Shown: in pieces, positions 10,513 to 19,683 of the stretch
Position numbering within the stretch: the stretch's first letter is position 1
Layout of the letters: each line of letters begins with the position of its first letter
NCBI GenBank assembly: GCA_036388065.1
Contig: DASVSP010000061.1
Span: 7,703 to 71,702 of the forward strand
Source: Allosphingosinicella sp.
Lineage (GTDB): Bacteria; Pseudomonadota; Alphaproteobacteria; Sphingomonadales; Sphingomonadaceae
DNA: 64,000 nt
Direction of reading: 5' to 3'
Made by a program: the position numbers and the translations under genes
The notes under the pieces: model-generated
Databases searched by the model: none
The model's input: the letters and a program-made list of their open reading frames with translations, nothing else
What the model was told of the DNA's origin: nothing

Positions 10513-11552
10513 CCCAGCTCCGCCTCTTTGTCCGCGGTCGGCAATATCTCCACGATGCAATCACCGGGACGAAGGGCCTGGGCTTCCGTTTCCCAGAAGC
10601 CGTAGGGCTTACCGTCGCGGTAGATGCGCACTCCGATGCCCTTGGCGAGCGCGGCGAGGGGCCTGCCGCATTCCTCGTCGGTAACCGTCCGCTCCGACAG
10701 CTTCACCCGGCCGCTCGAGGAGGCGAGGTCGGCGATATAGTCGGAGATGTGGAGCCCCTGGGTCGAGCCGGCGAGGAGCAGCCCGGCGAAGCTGACCGGA
10801 TTGATCACCGTCGTCGCCCCGGCCTGGCGGGCGAGAAGCTCGTTGTCCTCGTTCCTGACCGCGATGCTGATCGGAAGGTCGGGCGCCAGGTGGCGCGCGG
10901 TGAGGGTGATCAGGATCGAGGTGTCGTCGCGGCCGGCGGTGACGATCATTGCCCGGGCCCGCTGTATGTGCACGGCTTGGAGGGTCTTGTCGCGGGTGGC
11001 GTCCGCGTCGACGATCGCGCAACCGAGCGATTCGGCGCGCTCGAGCGCGTCCTCGCTGGCGTCGATGACGACGATCTCCTCGGGCGCGACCCCGCGCGCG
11101 ATGAGCTCGTCCACCGTCTCGGAGCCGCTGGTGCCGAAGCCGGCGACCACGACATGATCGCAAAGTGACCTCTGAAGCCTTTTCATTCGATATTTGTCCC
11201 AGGTGCGCCTGAACACGAACGTGTAGGCGGTGCCGATGAAGATGAGGACGAAGAAGATCCGGATCGGGGTGACCACCAAGGCATCGAACAGCCGGGTGTT
11301 GGTGGCGACCGGTACGATGTCGCCATAGCCGGTGGTGGTGATGCTGATCATCGTGAAATAGACGACGTCGAGGAAGCTGATGTGGCCGTCGTAATTGTCC
11401 CTGAGCCCGTCGCGCTCGAACCAGTGAAGCGCGACGGTGAAGGCGAGCAGGCCAACGACCAGGGCTGCGCGCCAGCCGAGCTGAGCCCAGACGGGAAGAC
11501 GGCCGCGGCGGCGCATGTTGACCTCGTCGGGACCGCGGTGGCGCCGGGGCAT
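10509..11552 (-). CDS. Potassium channel protein with TrkA-N (RCK) domain
   Basis: TTTGYGD selectivity filter, GFGTSG Rossmann motif. Confidence 0.92.
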   Translation of the reverse strand: MPRRHRGPDEVNMRRRGRLPVWAQLGWRAALVVGLLAFTVALHWFERDGLRDNYDGHISFLDVVYFTMISITTTGYGDIVPVATNTRLFDALVVTPIRIFFVLIFIGTAYTFVFRRTWDKYRMKRLQRSLCDHVVVAGFGTSGSETVDELIARGVAPEEIVVIDASEDALERAESLGCAIVDADATRDKTLQAVHIQRARAMIVTAGRDDTSILITLTARHLAPDLPISIAVRNEDNELLARQAGATTVINPVSFAGLLLAGSTQGLHISDYIADLASSSGRVKLSERTVTDEECGRPLAALAKGIGVRIYRDGKPYGFWETEAQALRPGDCIVEILPTADKEAELG

Positions 11553-12316
11553 CAGCCGTACCGCTCCGCCAGCCGGTCCAGCGACTCGCCGTGGGTCAGG
11601 TCGAAATGAAGCGGAGTGACCGCGACATAGCCGTCTGCGACGACCTCGAGGTCGGTCATATGGCCCGGGGTCTCGATCATCGGTGCGAGCCCGAACCAGA
11701 AATAATCGAATCCGCGCGGGTCGGTTCGGCGTACGATCCGGAGGCGGCCATAATCGTGGCGGCCCTGCCGGGCGACCCTGATCCCCTTGACGGCCTCGGG
11801 CGCAAGCGCGGGGAAGTTCACGTTGACGAGGGTGCGCGGCGCCATCCCGCCCTCGACGATCGGCCGGAGCACCTGCTCCGCCCAGGCCTCGGCCGCGGCG
11901 AACGGCACCGAATCGCCCATCGCCTCGCGGGCGGAGGCCTGGCTCAGAGCGATCGCCGGGAAGCCCGCCATCGCCCCTTCCATCGCCGCCGAGACGGTTC
12001 CCGAATAGGTGACGTCCTCGCCGAGATTGGCCCCTCGATTCACGCCCGAGAGGACGAGATCGGGCGGCTCGTCCTTCATCAGATGGGCGACCGCCATCAT
12101 CACCGCGTCGGTAGGCGTTCCGGTGACGCAGTAGCGGCGATCGCCAACTTTCCTCAGGCGCACCGGGCGGGCGAGGGTGAGCGAGTGGCCGGCGCCCGAT
12201 TGCTCCTCGGTGGGGGCCACCGTCCAGATGTCGTCGGAGAAGAGCCGGGCGATCTTCTCGAGCACCTTGAGGCCGGTCGCGTTGATGCCGTCATCGTTGG
12301 TGAGGAGGATCCGCAT
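11552..12316 (-). CDS. surE: 5'/3'-nucleotidase SurE
   Basis: MRILLTNDDG, GTPTD, SGVNRGANLG, YSGTVSAA. Confidence 0.96.
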   Translation of the reverse strand: MRILLTNDDGINATGLKVLEKIARLFSDDIWTVAPTEEQSGAGHSLTLARPVRLRKVGDRRYCVTGTPTDAVMMAVAHLMKDEPPDLVLSGVNRGANLGEDVTYSGTVSAAMEGAMAGFPAIALSQASAREAMGDSVPFAAAEAWAEQVLRPIVEGGMAPRTLVNVNFPALAPEAVKGIRVARQGRHDYGRLRIVRRTDPRGFDYFWFGLAPMIETPGHMTDLEVVADGYVAVTPLHFDLTHGESLDRLAERYG

Positions 12317-12408
12317 GGCCTTCCGAGCTAGGGCGGCGGGGACGGCTGCGCAAGCGTGGCAACCATCGCCGCGATTCGTGAGTTGGTCGGGAGAAGAAGG
12401 AGAGAGCT

Positions 12409-12855
12409 ATGCAGGTTCCGCACGGAAGTTTCGTCGTCGTCGCCGACGGCAAGAAGATGCTGTTCTTCCGCAACGAGGGGGATTCCGAATATCCCAAGCT
12501 CGAGGTCGAACGTAAGCGCGAGCAGGTCAATCCGTCCGATCTCGACCAGAAGACCGATCAGGCGGGCCAGGCGCCCTCGGGCTCCGGGGGCGCCGGCTAC
12601 AGCTCCTACGGGGAAGTCGACTTCCATCAGCTCGAAGAAGATCGCTTCGCGGCCGAGACCGCCGAGCTCCTGCGCAAGCGGGCGCTGAAGAACGACTTCG
12701 AATCGCTGATCATCGTCGCTCCGCCCAAGACGCTCGGCGAGCTCAGGAAGCATTATCACAAGGAGGTCGAGAAGCGCCTCACGGGCGAGATCGCCAAGGA
12801 TCTGACCGGGCATCCGGTCGCCGAGATCGAGAAGATCATCCAGGCGGCGGACTGA
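12409..12855 (+). CDS. Host attachment protein (AtsE/baeRF-like)
   Basis: VVVADG...LIIVAPPKTLGELR...EIAKDLT. Confidence 0.85.
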   Translation: MQVPHGSFVVVADGKKMLFFRNEGDSEYPKLEVERKREQVNPSDLDQKTDQAGQAPSGSGGAGYSSYGEVDFHQLEEDRFAAETAELLRKRALKNDFESLIIVAPPKTLGELRKHYHKEVEKRLTGEIAKDLTGHPVAEIEKIIQAAD

Positions 12856-12859
12856 CCGC

Positions 12860-12941
12860 CGTCATTGCGAGCGAAGCGAAGCAATCCAGTGCCTCCCGCG
12901 GCGCGCTGGATTGCTTCGTCGCTTCGCTCCTCGCAATGACG
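12860..12941. repeat. REP family B copy, followed by a 24-bp tandem duplication (12930-12977)
   Basis: CTCGCAATGACGACGGACATGGAA occurs twice in tandem. Confidence 0.8.
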
Positions 12942-12976
12942 ACGGACATGGAACTCGCAATGACGACGGACATGGA

Positions 12977-13011
12977 AAAGGCCGCGGGGCGAAGGGTCCC
13001 CGCGGCCTTTT
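12977..13011. terminator. Probable bidirectional terminator
   Basis: AAAGGCCGCGGGG-loop-CCCCGCGGCCTTTT between convergent genes. Confidence 0.75.
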
Positions 13012-13025
13012 CGCTGTCCGCGCCG

Positions 13026-13898
13026 TCAGCCTTCGGCTCGGCCAACCCTCCGGCGGGCGACCAGGGCAGCGGCCGCCGCTCCGAAAAGAAGGATCATCGG
13101 CGGTGCCGGAACGTCGGTTCCGCCGCTCGTGCTGGTCGAGCTTCCGCTGGAGGTCGAGCTGCTGGTGCTGCTCGACGTGCTGCTCGACGTGCTTCCCGAG
13201 GTGGACGAGCTGGTCGAGGTGCTGGTGCCGCCTCCGAAGCTCGACGACGAGGAGGTGGTCGACACGTTGCCCGTCGACGTCGACGAGGTGGTCGAAACGC
13301 CGCCGGTCGAGGTCGAGGTCGATCCGCCGCTTGTGCTGGTCGATCCGCCGCTGCTGCTGGTCGAGACTCCGCTGCTGGTCGAGCTCCCGCCGGTGGACGT
13401 GGAGCTTCCGCCGGTGGACGTCGAGCTTCCGCCGGTCGAGCTTCCGCCGGTCGAAGTGCTCGTCGAGGCGGTGAAGATGGCGTTGCCGCTCGATCCGCCG
13501 AAGAAGCCTCCGCTGAAGAAGCCTCCGCCGAAGCCGCCGCCGAAGCCGCCGCTACCGCCGATCACGGTGACTCCGCCGCCGCCGCCGGTGCCTCCGGCCA
13601 TGGGCGGAAGCGGTGCCAGCGGTACCGGCATCGAGCCCGGATAGGTGATGGTCCGGGTCTTGGTGATCGTGCCCGGGGTCTTGACGACGCAGGCCGTCCG
13701 GACCCTCTTGTAGCGCTTCGCCGCCTTGACCCGGGCGTAGCGCCGAGGCGCCTGCTTCACCGTTCCGGCCGCATGGGCCCGCTTGACGAAGGAGGGCCGC
13801 GAGGGCGGGTTCTCGGCGACATGGACTGCGCCGCCACCGATGATCGCGCCGCCGCAAGTGCAGGCGCAGAGTTTAGCGAGAGCCATTCTAACCGACAT
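13026..13898 (-). CDS. Ser/Thr/Gly-rich PEP-CTERM-type (exosortase target) surface protein
   Basis: N-term MSVRMALAKLCAC; STSTGGS repeats; C-term VPAPPMILLFGAAAAALVARRR. Confidence 0.85.
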   Translation of the reverse strand: MSVRMALAKLCACTCGGAIIGGGAVHVAENPPSRPSFVKRAHAAGTVKQAPRRYARVKAAKRYKRVRTACVVKTPGTITKTRTITYPGSMPVPLAPLPPMAGGTGGGGGVTVIGGSGGFGGGFGGGFFSGGFFGGSSGNAIFTASTSTSTGGSSTGGSSTSTGGSSTSTGGSSTSSGVSTSSSGGSTSTSGGSTSTSTGGVSTTSSTSTGNVSTTSSSSSFGGGTSTSTSSSTSGSTSSSTSSSTSSSTSSGSSTSTSGGTDVPAPPMILLFGAAAAALVARRRVGRAEG

Positions 13899-14398
13899 GA
13901 CAGCGCACCTTGTTCTCAGGTTCCGATGCGTGGCCGAAAGTCCTGGATGGAAGATCGGCTTCAGCGTCGGGCTACACCCACAGATGCAAAGGAATGCTTT
14001 AAGTGCAAGCGCGTTAACCACGAAGGCCCCTCAGAATGCCCGCCAAATGGCCGTTCGGGCGACTTGTGTCCCATTCGAGGACAGGCGCGGACGACCCGTG
14101 AACGAATAGGCGCCGTCCGGGCGGTGCCGAACATGGTTAACGGACGACCGGCGGCGCGATTCGCAACTGTTCGGGACCGGGCTGCGGCGAATCGGGCCGC
14201 GGCCTCGAAACCGGTAAAAAAGTCACTCCCTCTTCCCGATTCCGAGTGCACTTTTGACCGCTATTTGAGTGACTTGTACTCCCCCTTGGCGACGCGTATA
14301 GGCGCGCTGGGGCAAGCTTCGACATTTCCGGACGACTCGGAAGCGGAGCTTCAGGAGGTTTGCGTGACGCTACGGCGCGCGTGAAGGATGGAGGGGTT

Positions 14399-14854
14399 AT
14401 GGCGACGGCTTTGAGTGACGTTTACGGCTCGGTTTATGCTCTGGGCGGAGTGCCCGACAGCTATCGGCCGAGTGCCAACGAAGAGTTCATGAATCCCGAT
14501 CAGCTGGCGTATTTCCGCCAGAAGCTGCTCGGCTGGAAGGACGAGATCCTTCGCGAATCGCAGGGAACGATGGCGTCGCTGAAGAGCGGCCCGATCCGCG
14601 AGGCGGACGTCACCGACCGCGCTTCCTCGGAGACGGACTGGGCGATCGAGCTTCGCACCCGCGACCGGCAGCGCAAGCTCATCTCGAAGATCGACTCGGC
14701 GCTGCGCCGGATCGACACCGGCGAGTACGGCTTTTGCGAAGTGACCGGCGAGCCGATTTCGCTGGCCAGGCTGGAAGCCCGCCCCATCGCGACGATGACG
14801 GTCGAGGCGCAGGAGCGCCACGAACGCAACGAACGGATCACCCGCGACGATTGA
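14399..14854 (+). CDS. dksA: RNA polymerase-binding factor DksA (one-Cys type)
   Basis: EEFMN, DVTDRASSE, RDRQRKLISKI, GFCEVTGEPISLARLEARP. Confidence 0.95.
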   Translation: MATALSDVYGSVYALGGVPDSYRPSANEEFMNPDQLAYFRQKLLGWKDEILRESQGTMASLKSGPIREADVTDRASSETDWAIELRTRDRQRKLISKIDSALRRIDTGEYGFCEVTGEPISLARLEARPIATMTVEAQERHERNERITRDD

Positions 14855-14894
14855 CGGCGGTTCGACCCGCCGTCGCCGCGTCCGTGGAGGAACC

Positions 14895-15021
14895 CGTCGC
14901 CCCGGCGAAAGCCGGGGCCTCGGGGAGACCCGCCCACGCCGTCGCCCCGGCGAAAGCCGGGGTCTCGGGGAGACCCGCTGAGACTTCTTGTCCTGAGGTC
15001 CCGGCTTTCGCCGGGATGACG
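14895..15021. repeat. REP family A, with duplicated left arm
   Basis: GTCGCCCCGGCGAAAGCCGGGG...CGGGAGACCCGC twice, then CCGGCTTTCGCCGGGATGAC. Confidence 0.85.
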
Positions 15022-15066
15022 GGGGGGGGCGCCGGCAGTCGATCAGCGGCGCGTCATCCTTTTCCG

Positions 15067-15156
15067 GTCATTGCTAGCGCAGCGAAGCAATCCAGTGCTC
15101 AGCCGAACGCATGCGCCGCGACTGGATTGCCGCGTTGCTACGCTTCTCGCAATGAC
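15067..15156. repeat. REP family B
   Basis: GTCATTGC...GCAATGAC. Confidence 0.8.
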
Positions 15157-15175
15157 GGTGGTGGGGAGGCCGCGC

Positions 15176-15334
15176 CTAGTGGAGGCCGGCAATCTCTTCC
15201 TTGATCCAGAGCTTCTCTTTCTTGAGCCTGGCGAGGGCGGCTGTATCCGGCAGCGGCCGCTGACTTTCTTCTTCGATCCGAGCTTCGATGTCCGCGTGGC
15301 GGTGTTGCAATGCCGAGATATGCGCCGTTTGCAT
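15176..15334 (-). CDS. YdcH/DUF465 family small protein (not in ORF track)
   Basis: Hand translation MQTAHISALQHRHADIEARIEEESQRPLPDTAALARLKKEKLWIKEEIAGLH; AGGAG RBS. Confidence 0.88.
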   Translation of the reverse strand: MQTAHISALQHRHADIEARIEEESQRPLPDTAALARLKKEKLWIKEEIAGLH

Positions 15335-15488
15335 TCCCATCTCCTTGCTGTGCTGGGCGAAGTTCTCAACGTCTGGAGGCGTGGCCTGTCTCCCGTCGAT
15401 AGGACGGTCGTCGCATTATGTACGACAGACCGTTAATGGGCTATCCATAGCGCGTTTCGAAGCGCTTGAGTAGCGCTGTGAGGAGGGC

Positions 15489-15701
15489 ATGGAAGCCATC
15501 GACGGAAACCCCCTCCCGGCGGCTGCGCGCCTGGTCCAGATGCGGCAGGAGCATCGCGATCTCGACTCCGCGATCGAGGCGCTGCGAGTATCGCCGGCCA
15601 CCGACCAGCTCCAGCTCGCCCGCCTGAAGAAGCGGAAGCTCAGGCTCAAGGACGAGATCGCGCAGATGGAGGACCAGCTGATCCCGGACATCATCGCGTA
15701 A
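15489..15701 (+). CDS. YdcH/DUF465 family small protein
   Basis: EHRDLDSAI...DQLQLARLKKRKLRLKDEI...PDIIA. Confidence 0.9.
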   Translation: MEAIDGNPLPAAARLVQMRQEHRDLDSAIEALRVSPATDQLQLARLKKRKLRLKDEIAQMEDQLIPDIIA

Positions 15702-15703
15702 CC

Positions 15704-15783
15704 CGTCGCTCGGCGAAAGCCGGGCCTCGGGGAGACCCGCGAAGCGTTCGCGGCCTGAGGTCCCGGCTTTCGCCGAGATGACG
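15704..15783. repeat. REP family A
   Basis: CGGCGAAAGCCGGG...CCCGGCTTTCGCCG. Confidence 0.8.
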
Positions 15784-15860
15784 TGTCCCTTCACGGCACA
15801 GACCCGCCTTTACCTTCTTTGCCACTCGCCGCCTGCCCGGCTCTGTGGCAGCATGGCCCC

Positions 15861-16319
15861 ATGTCCGAACCGCGACTCCCGCTGACCGCCAAGCTCGTAG
15901 CCTCGCTCTACACCGAGGCGATGCTTCTGGCCGACGAGGCCCGGTCCTATTTCGACATGAGCGGCCGCGCCGACCGCGACTCGCTGGACCCGATCGACCG
16001 GGTCGGCTTTTCCTGCGAATCTCTCAAGGTCACGACCCGGCTAATGCACGTCATCGCCTGGCTGCTGACCCAGCGCGCGGTCGAGGCCGGCGAGCTGAGC
16101 CGAAGTCAGGCGCGAAAGCCGGCCCGGCGCCTCGGCGAAGCGCCGGAGTCCGACGAGGCCCTGCTGCCGAAGCTTCCGCAAGCCGCCGTCGCTCTTATCG
16201 ACGCAAGCCGCGATCTCCATGCGCGGGTCAAGAGGCTGGACGATGTGCCGGCCGGGGGCGCGGAGCCTCAGGCCAGTCCGGCAAGGAGCCTGATGAGCCG
16301 GCTGGAGCGGTCGTTCTAA
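15861..16319 (+). CDS. rcdA: DUF1465 / regulator of CtrA degradation
   Basis: LYTEAMLLADEARSYFD, ESLKVTTRLMHVIAWLL. Confidence 0.85.
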   Translation: MSEPRLPLTAKLVASLYTEAMLLADEARSYFDMSGRADRDSLDPIDRVGFSCESLKVTTRLMHVIAWLLTQRAVEAGELSRSQARKPARRLGEAPESDEALLPKLPQAAVALIDASRDLHARVKRLDDVPAGGAEPQASPARSLMSRLERSF

Positions 16320-16323
16320 CAAC

Positions 16324-16405
16324 CGTCGTCCCGGCGAAGGCCGGGATCTCGGGGAGACCCGCCGAGACTTCTTGTACTGAGATCCCGGCTTTCGCCGGGA
16401 TGACG
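16324..16405. repeat. REP family A
   Basis: GTCGTCCCGGCGAAGGCCGGG...CCCGGCTTTCGCCGGGATGAC. Confidence 0.8.
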
Positions 16406-16406
16406 G

Positions 16407-17363
16407 TCAGCCGCAAAGCCCCGCCCTGGCTTCCTCATATTGCCCGATGAGCTCCGCCACATATTCGCCCGCCGGCCTTACCCGGTCGATGGCGCCGATG
16501 CCTTGGCCGGAGCCCCAGATGTCCCGCCACGCTTTCTTCGCGCTCTCCCCTCCGCCGAAGTCCATGGTCTTGAGATCGCCCTCCGGCAGCTTGTCCGGGT
16601 CGAGGCCGGACGCGGCGATGGAGGCGCGCAGATAGTTGCCGTGAACTCCGGTGAAGAGGCTGGAATAGACGATGTCGGCCGCCCGTCCGTCGCATATCCC
16701 CTGCTTGTAGGCCTCGGCGGCATTGGCCTCCTCGGTGGCGATGAAGGGCGAGCCGATATATCCAAGGTCCGCCCCCATCGCCTGCGCCGCGAGAATTGCG
16801 CGCCCGGTGGCGATCGCGCCCGAAAGGGCCAGGGGCCCGTCGAACCATTGGCGGATCTCCTGGACGAGCGCGAAGGGCGAGAGGGTCCCGGCATGGCCGC
16901 CGGCTCCGGCCGCGACCGCGATCACTCCGTCCGCGCCCTTCTCCACGGCCTTTCGTGCGAAGCGGTCGTTGATGATGTCGTGGAGTGCGATCCCGCCCCA
17001 CCCGTGAACCGCCTGGTTGACCTCGACGATCGCGCCCAGCGACGTGATGACGATCGGCACCTTCCATTTGGCGCAGGTCGCCATGTCCTGCTGGAGCCGG
17101 TCGTTGGAGCGGTGGACGATCTGGTTGACCGCGAAGGGCGCCGCGGGGCGGTCGGGATTGCCCCGGTCCCAGGCGGCGAGCTCTTCGGTGATCCGGTGGA
17201 GCCATTCGTCGAGCAGGCTCTGCGGACGGGCGTTGAGCGCCGGGAATGAGCCGACGATCCCCGCCTTGCACTGGGCGATGACGAGGTCCGGGTTGGAGAC
17301 GATGAAGAGAGGGGCGCCGATCGCCGGGAGGCGAAGGCGCTGGAGGACGGCTGGGAGGGTCAT
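16407..17363 (-). CDS. Nitronate monooxygenase family flavoprotein
   Basis: GAPLFIVS, AVNQIVH, AGAGGHAG, WGSGQG. Confidence 0.9.
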   Translation of the reverse strand: MTLPAVLQRLRLPAIGAPLFIVSNPDLVIAQCKAGIVGSFPALNARPQSLLDEWLHRITEELAAWDRGNPDRPAAPFAVNQIVHRSNDRLQQDMATCAKWKVPIVITSLGAIVEVNQAVHGWGGIALHDIINDRFARKAVEKGADGVIAVAAGAGGHAGTLSPFALVQEIRQWFDGPLALSGAIATGRAILAAQAMGADLGYIGSPFIATEEANAAEAYKQGICDGRAADIVYSSLFTGVHGNYLRASIAASGLDPDKLPEGDLKTMDFGGGESAKKAWRDIWGSGQGIGAIDRVRPAGEYVAELIGQYEEARAGLCG

Positions 17364-17426
17364 TGCGTTGCCTTAACGGAACCGGGCGGGGAGGCAAGGA
17401 GGAGAGGGGAGGGAGGCGCTACCAAG

Positions 17427-17512
17427 ACCGTTCGGGCTGAGCTTGTCGAAGCCCCTCCCTTCACCTCGGAAGGAAAGAAGGAAAGCCCTTCGACAGGCTC
17501 AGGGCGAACGGT
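17427..17512. repeat. REP-like family C (CCGTTCGGGCTGAGCTTGTCGAAGCCC...CCTTCGACAGGCTCAGGGCGAACGG)
   Basis: Recurs at 21339-21411 and 52156-52243. Confidence 0.85.
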
Positions 17513-17525
17513 GTTTCCGTGTCTT

Positions 17526-19181
17526 TCACTCCATCTCCCGCCCCCGGGTCTCCGGCAGCAGGAAGAGGCCGACGATCAGCGTGAGCACCGCGATCCCGAT
17601 TGGGTACCAGAGGCCGTAATAAATGTCCCCGGTCGCGGCGACCATGGCGAAGGCCGTGGTGGGGAGGAAGCCGCCGAACCAGCCGTTGCCGATATGGTAG
17701 GGGAGCGACATCGAACTGTAGCGGATCCGGCTCGGGAAAAGCTCGACCAGCAAAGCCGCGATCGGACCGTAGACCATGGTAACGTAGAGGACGAGCAGGA
17801 AGAGGATCCCGACGACGGCGGGCTTGTTCACTCGGCCGGGATCGGCCTTGGAAGGATAGCCGGCGCGCGCCAGGCCCGCCTTGATATCGGCTTCGGCGGT
17901 CGCCGCCCAGCGCGCATGTCCTTCCCAAACGCCAGCCGACGGGGCATTGGGGATGTCGACGAACGCGTTGCCGATCTTGAGCCGCGCTCCCGTTTCAAAT
18001 TCGGTGTCGACCGAGACGTAGCCGATGCCCGCCTTGGCAAGAATGCTCTTCGCGATGTCGCAGCCGTTCCGGTTGAAGCTCTTCTTGCCGATCGGATCGA
18101 ACTGAAGCGAACACACCCGCGAATCGGCCATCACCTCCACGGGGGCCTGTCGCTGAGCTTCGTAAAGGGCCGGGTTCGCGGCCCGGGTGAGGCCTTCGAA
18201 CAGCGGAAAATAAGTCAGCGCCGCGAGCGCGCAGCCGGTGAGGATGATCGGCTTCCTCCCGATCCGGTCGGAGAGCCAGCCGAAGAAGACGAAGAAGGGC
18301 GTGGCCATGGCCAAGGCGATCGCGATCAGGATGTTGGCGGTGGCGCCGTCGACCTTGAGAGTCTTCTCGAGGAAGAAGAGGGCGTAGAACTGCCCCGTAT
18401 ACCAGACCACGGCCTGGCCGGCGACGGCCCCGAACAGGGCGATGAGGACGATCTTGGCATTGCCCCAGCGGCCGAAGCTCTCGCGGAGAGGCGCCTTCGA
18501 CGTGGTTCCTTCCGCCTTCATCTTCTTGAAGACCGGGCTCTCCTCGAGTTGCATCCGGATCCACAGCGAGACCGCCAGGAGCAGGATGGAGAGCAGGAAG
18601 GGGACCCGCCAACCCCATTCGGCGAAAGCGGCCTCGCCGAGCAGCGTACGGGTCCCGATCACGACGAGCAAAGCGGCGAAGAGGCCGAGTGTGGCCGTCG
18701 TCTGGATCCAGCTCGTATAGAAGCCGCGGCGCCCCGGCGGCGCATGCTCCGCCACGTAGGTCGCCGCTCCGCCATATTCGCCTCCGAGCGCCAGCCCCTG
18801 GAGGAGGCGAAGGGTCACCAGCGCCACGGGGGCGGCGACTCCGGCGGTCGCGTAGCTGGGCAGAAGCCCGACGAGGAAGGTCGAGAGGCCCATGAGCGCC
18901 ATGGTGACGAGAAAGGTATATTTGCGCCCAACGAGGTCGCCGATCCTTCCGAACACCAAAGCGCCGAACGGGCGGACGGCGAAGCCCGCGGCGAAGGCGG
19001 CGAGTGCGAAGATGAAACCCGTCCTCTCGTCGACCCCTGAGAAAAACTGGCTCGAGATGATCGTGGCGAGCAGCCCGTAAAGGTAGAAATCATACCATTC
19101 GAAGACGGTGCCGAGCGAGGCGGCGGCGATGACACGCCGGTCGCGGCGGGCGGTCGATGGGGCTGGGACTTGGGTGGCCAT
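17526..19181 (-). CDS. MHS-family MFS transporter
   Basis: GTVFEWYDF, RPFGALVFGRIGD, GGEYGGA, ELFPSRIRY. Confidence 0.92.
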   Translation of the reverse strand: MATQVPAPSTARRDRRVIAAASLGTVFEWYDFYLYGLLATIISSQFFSGVDERTGFIFALAAFAAGFAVRPFGALVFGRIGDLVGRKYTFLVTMALMGLSTFLVGLLPSYATAGVAAPVALVTLRLLQGLALGGEYGGAATYVAEHAPPGRRGFYTSWIQTTATLGLFAALLVVIGTRTLLGEAAFAEWGWRVPFLLSILLLAVSLWIRMQLEESPVFKKMKAEGTTSKAPLRESFGRWGNAKIVLIALFGAVAGQAVVWYTGQFYALFFLEKTLKVDGATANILIAIALAMATPFFVFFGWLSDRIGRKPIILTGCALAALTYFPLFEGLTRAANPALYEAQRQAPVEVMADSRVCSLQFDPIGKKSFNRNGCDIAKSILAKAGIGYVSVDTEFETGARLKIGNAFVDIPNAPSAGVWEGHARWAATAEADIKAGLARAGYPSKADPGRVNKPAVVGILFLLVLYVTMVYGPIAALLVELFPSRIRYSSMSLPYHIGNGWFGGFLPTTAFAMVAATGDIYYGLWYPIGIAVLTLIVGLFLLPETRGREME

Positions 19182-19537
19182 CGCCACGGTGTCACGCGTC
19201 CGGGGCCGGAGCGCAAGCCGCCAAGGGTCCGGCGCTCGTTCGGCCATGCCCTGCGAACCCATTTTCAACGCAAAGACGCAAAGACGCAAAGACGCAAAGA
19301 GCGCGGAGCGCCCCGAACAACCGCGCGTCGCGGGAGACGCGGTGCGGCTCGCCACGCAGTGACTTGGTCCGCGTCGCGGAATCTTTGCGTCTTTGCATCT
19401 TCGCGTCGAATCCTCCGGCCAGACCCGTCCTTGGAAGGCGGGCACGGATGGCACCGGGGTCCTTCAGTCGGGCCTTTGCTCGCTTCGGCTTGCCCCCCGC
19501 GCCACGCCTGCTATATCCCCGCGCGACCGGCGGCCCG

Positions 19538-19622
19538 GCGGGCGTGGCGGAACTGGTAGACGCGCCAGGTTTAGGTCCTGGTATCGAAAGATGTGGGGGT
19601 TCGAGTCCCTTCGCCCGCACCA
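19538..19622 (+). tRNA. tRNA-Leu (anticodon TAG)
   Basis: GCGGGCG acceptor, CCAGG-TTTAGGT-CCTGG anticodon arm, long variable arm, GGTTCGAGTCC, encoded CCA. Confidence 0.97.
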
Positions 19623-19683
19623 GTCCCGCCAGGCTGAATTCGTCCAGGGCCCGCACTCCCGCAGAAGGTAAGAGCTTTCAATC

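Noticed and set aside
13129-13644. + strand VDVELPP-repeat ORF
   Set aside because: Antisense shadow of the Ser/Thr/Gly-rich PEP-CTERM gene.
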